Part shown: positions 62,340-64,000 of the stretch, piece by piece
Position numbering within the stretch: position 1 is the stretch's first letter
Layout: every line of letters starts with the position of its first letter
DNA from: an uncultured Myxococcales bacterium
GTDB taxonomy: Bacteria; Myxococcota_A; UBA9042
Direction of reading: 5' to 3'
DNA length: 64,000 nt
Assembly: GCA_903850505.1 (NCBI GenBank)
Contig: CAINLT010000006.1
Span: forward strand, 15,536 to 79,535
Program-made: the position numbers and the translations under genes
The notes under the pieces: model-generated
The model's input: the letters and a program-made list of their open reading frames with translations, nothing else
Databases searched by the model: none
Told to the model about the DNA's origin: nothing

Positions 62340-62343
62340 TCAG

Positions 62344-64000
62344 CTACGGCAAGGAACCGGTGCAGTTCGTGTTGCTGCGGAAGTCGATGTAGAGGTACGG
62401 ATTGAAGCAGTAGTCCAGCGACCAGCCGGTCTTCTTGATGGCGTCAAACTCGCCCAGCGGCTGCTTGGTGTCCTCAAATCGCTTGGAGTTGGCGAAGCCC
62501 GGATCCAGGAAAATGGTGCCCACCGGCAGGTCGTAGAAGTCGGCGCCCTTCCAGCGCCACGCCCAAGGCGGTCGGCTGGCGTCCGTGTCCTTGTTGTAGA
62601 ACTTGCCGCCCATGGCGACCAGCTTGTTCCCGGCTGGACGGCCGGTCGGCGGCACATAGGTGTAGCTCGCGTCGATCCACATGCCGTCGGAACCGACGTC
62701 CTGCCGGCGGGGCCACCAAGTGTCGTAGGTTGAAACGAGGCCATACGTTGCCGACGGACCAGGCGCTGCGGCCGTTGCCGGCTCGGTCGGCGTCACGCCC
62801 GGCGCGTAGTCAACCCACAGGAGCGTGGCCTGCGTGGAAGCATTGTTGGTGCAATTCAGGCTGTCGCCGCTGTCCAGCCACAGGCAACTCTGGTGGTTGC
62901 CGGACGTCAGGAACGCCGGAAAGCGCTTGGGCGTGCAGCCCGCGATGTTCTCGCAGCCCCACGTATCCTTGGCCGACGGAAACAGCGTCGCTTCCGGGAA
63001 AACGCCGCGCACATAGCCGGTCTTGGGAATGCCGCTCTCGGCCGTCACCCACGTCCACTGCTCTTCCATGCTCTTTTGCTTGAACCACGTGGTCACGGCG
63101 ACCGGATGCTCCGCGGGCCAGCGCGCCACGGCGACCGTCGCGCCCGATGCGTCATTGTCAAAGGCCACGCCAGCCAGAACCGTCGTGCGATGCGGCCAGA
63201 AATAGACGTAGGTGATGAAGAAGTGGCTCTGCGTCTCGATCACCGACCAGCCGACCTCGCCGAGCGCCGGGAACTTCGTGAAGTTCATGCCGTTGTCGCC
63301 CGCCTGCCAATTGCCGTCGTAGTCAAAAGACCGCAGCTGGTCGTACTTGTCGTTGCCCGACGCCACGGCCTGCCGCAGCGTGGGCGCGTAGCGTTGCGCC
63401 AACTTCGCGTAGGGCGCCATGCCGTCAAAACCGCGGACGTAGAAGTGGAAGCTGGTCTGGTTGGGCAGGTTGTAGCCAATCTCCGCCTGAACGAGCGGCG
63501 ACAGCGTCACGTCCACGCGGCTGGCCGGCAGGACCGGCGACGTGGAGGTAAACGAAAACGAATTGCAGGCGACGCTGAACTTGCCGTCGATGATCTCGCC
63601 GTTGACGACGACCTGGACGGTGTTGGGGCCAATCACGACGGCCTTGACCTGCGTGTTGAACGTGATGGTGAAGCTGAACGGCACGCCAACGCCAGCCGTG
63701 CCGTCGGGCGGATCCGTGGAGACGATGTGGAAATCCGTTACTTTGCCGCCGCCGCAGCCGATGTCGCTCGCGTCCACGTCCGCACCTGGACCGGTGTCGA
63801 GGATGAATACGCCGTCCGTGAGTTGCACATCTGAACCGGCGTCGACAACCGCGGCATCTGAGCCATCCGCGATCCCGTCTTCGCCGTCCGTGGCGTCACT
63901 TTCCGTCGCGTCCGCGCCGTCCTGCGTGCCGTCTGGCAGCTTGACGTCCTGCTTGGCGATGTCGCCCGTCGCATCGCCGCCGCTGCCCGTGCCTGTCGAT
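62344..64000 (-). CDS. Secreted protein with N-terminal Ig-like (SbsA/Big_5-like) domain, 5' end beyond window
   Basis: The reading frame stays open from the track start (a GTG at 63828) to nt 63999 (STGTGSGGDATGDIAKQDVKLPDG...), so the N-terminus probably lies outside the window. FHIVSTDPPDGTAGVGV.F.F.ITFN is Ig-like. The remainder is unknown and Trp/Cys-containing. Confidence 0.7.
   Translation of the reverse strand, partial: STGTGSGGDATGDIAKQDVKLPDGTQDGADATESDATDGEDGIADGSDAAVVDAGSDVQLTDGVFILDTGPGADVDASDIGCGGGKVTDFHIVSTDPPDGTAGVGVPFSFTITFNTQVKAVVIGPNTVQVVVNGEIIDGKFSVACNSFSFTSTSPVLPASRVDVTLSPLVQAEIGYNLPNQTSFHFYVRGFDGMAPYAKLAQRYAPTLRQAVASGNDKYDQLRSFDYDGNWQAGDNGMNFTKFPALGEVGWSVIETQSHFFITYVYFWPHRTTVLAGVAFDNDASGATVAVARWPAEHPVAVTTWFKQKSMEEQWTWVTAESGIPKTGYVRGVFPEATLFPSAKDTWGCENIAGCTPKRFPAFLTSGNHQSCLWLDSGDSLNCTNNASTQATLLWVDYAPGVTPTEPATAAAPGPSATYGLVSTYDTWWPRRQDVGSDGMWIDASYTYVPPTGRPAGNKLVAMGGKFYNKDTDASRPPWAWRWKGADFYDLPVGTIFLDPGFANSKRFEDTKQPLGEFDAIKKTGWSLDYCFNPYLYIDFRSNTNCTGSLP

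Overview
Very GC-rich, gene-dense chromosomal segment that looks myxobacterial (Myxococcota). Supporting markers are a MYXO-CTERM-type tail protein (61899..62339), two giant proteins built from MopE-type Cys-rich repeats, a TSP3-repeat outer-membrane protein, and PEGA and FHA proteins. I can support about 45 CDSs. I recognised no rRNA, tRNA, CRISPR array, transposase or integrase. Housekeeping genes identified from motifs: lipA, rseP, tsaB, ppk1-ppx, apaH, an acyl-CoA carboxyltransferase, lolA, ftsK, rng, mpl and purA. Four things are worth a second look. (1) 10.4-20.7 kb holds a tightly coupled same-strand array: a PqqD-family peptide-binding protein, a 2385-aa Ig/FG-GAP lipoprotein, a 58-aa ORF absent from the supplied track (lasso-like YxxPxVxxxG leader, C-terminal GCQCAIC), an HPr-kinase-like P-loop protein, a radical SAM/SPASM enzyme and a soluble S26B-type peptidase. 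I read this as a candidate new RiPP or peptide-derived-cofactor pathway. (2) 23.0-27.9 kb holds a five-gene operon: FHA, a Ycf46-like AAA+ ATPase, DUF1257, DUF2997 and an unknown protein. (3) An AAA+ ATPase carries an N-terminus that resembles ribosomal protein S13. (4) 45.3-48.0 kb is an accessory-looking patch with REP-like repeats, phased 18-mers and a DUF4160/DUF2442 pair. Limits: all family calls come from motifs read by eye and remembered family signatures, with no searches run. Many start codons are uncertain because the ORF track also opens on GTG/TTG and over-extends N-termini. Most long antisense ORFs in the track are GC-shadow artefacts.
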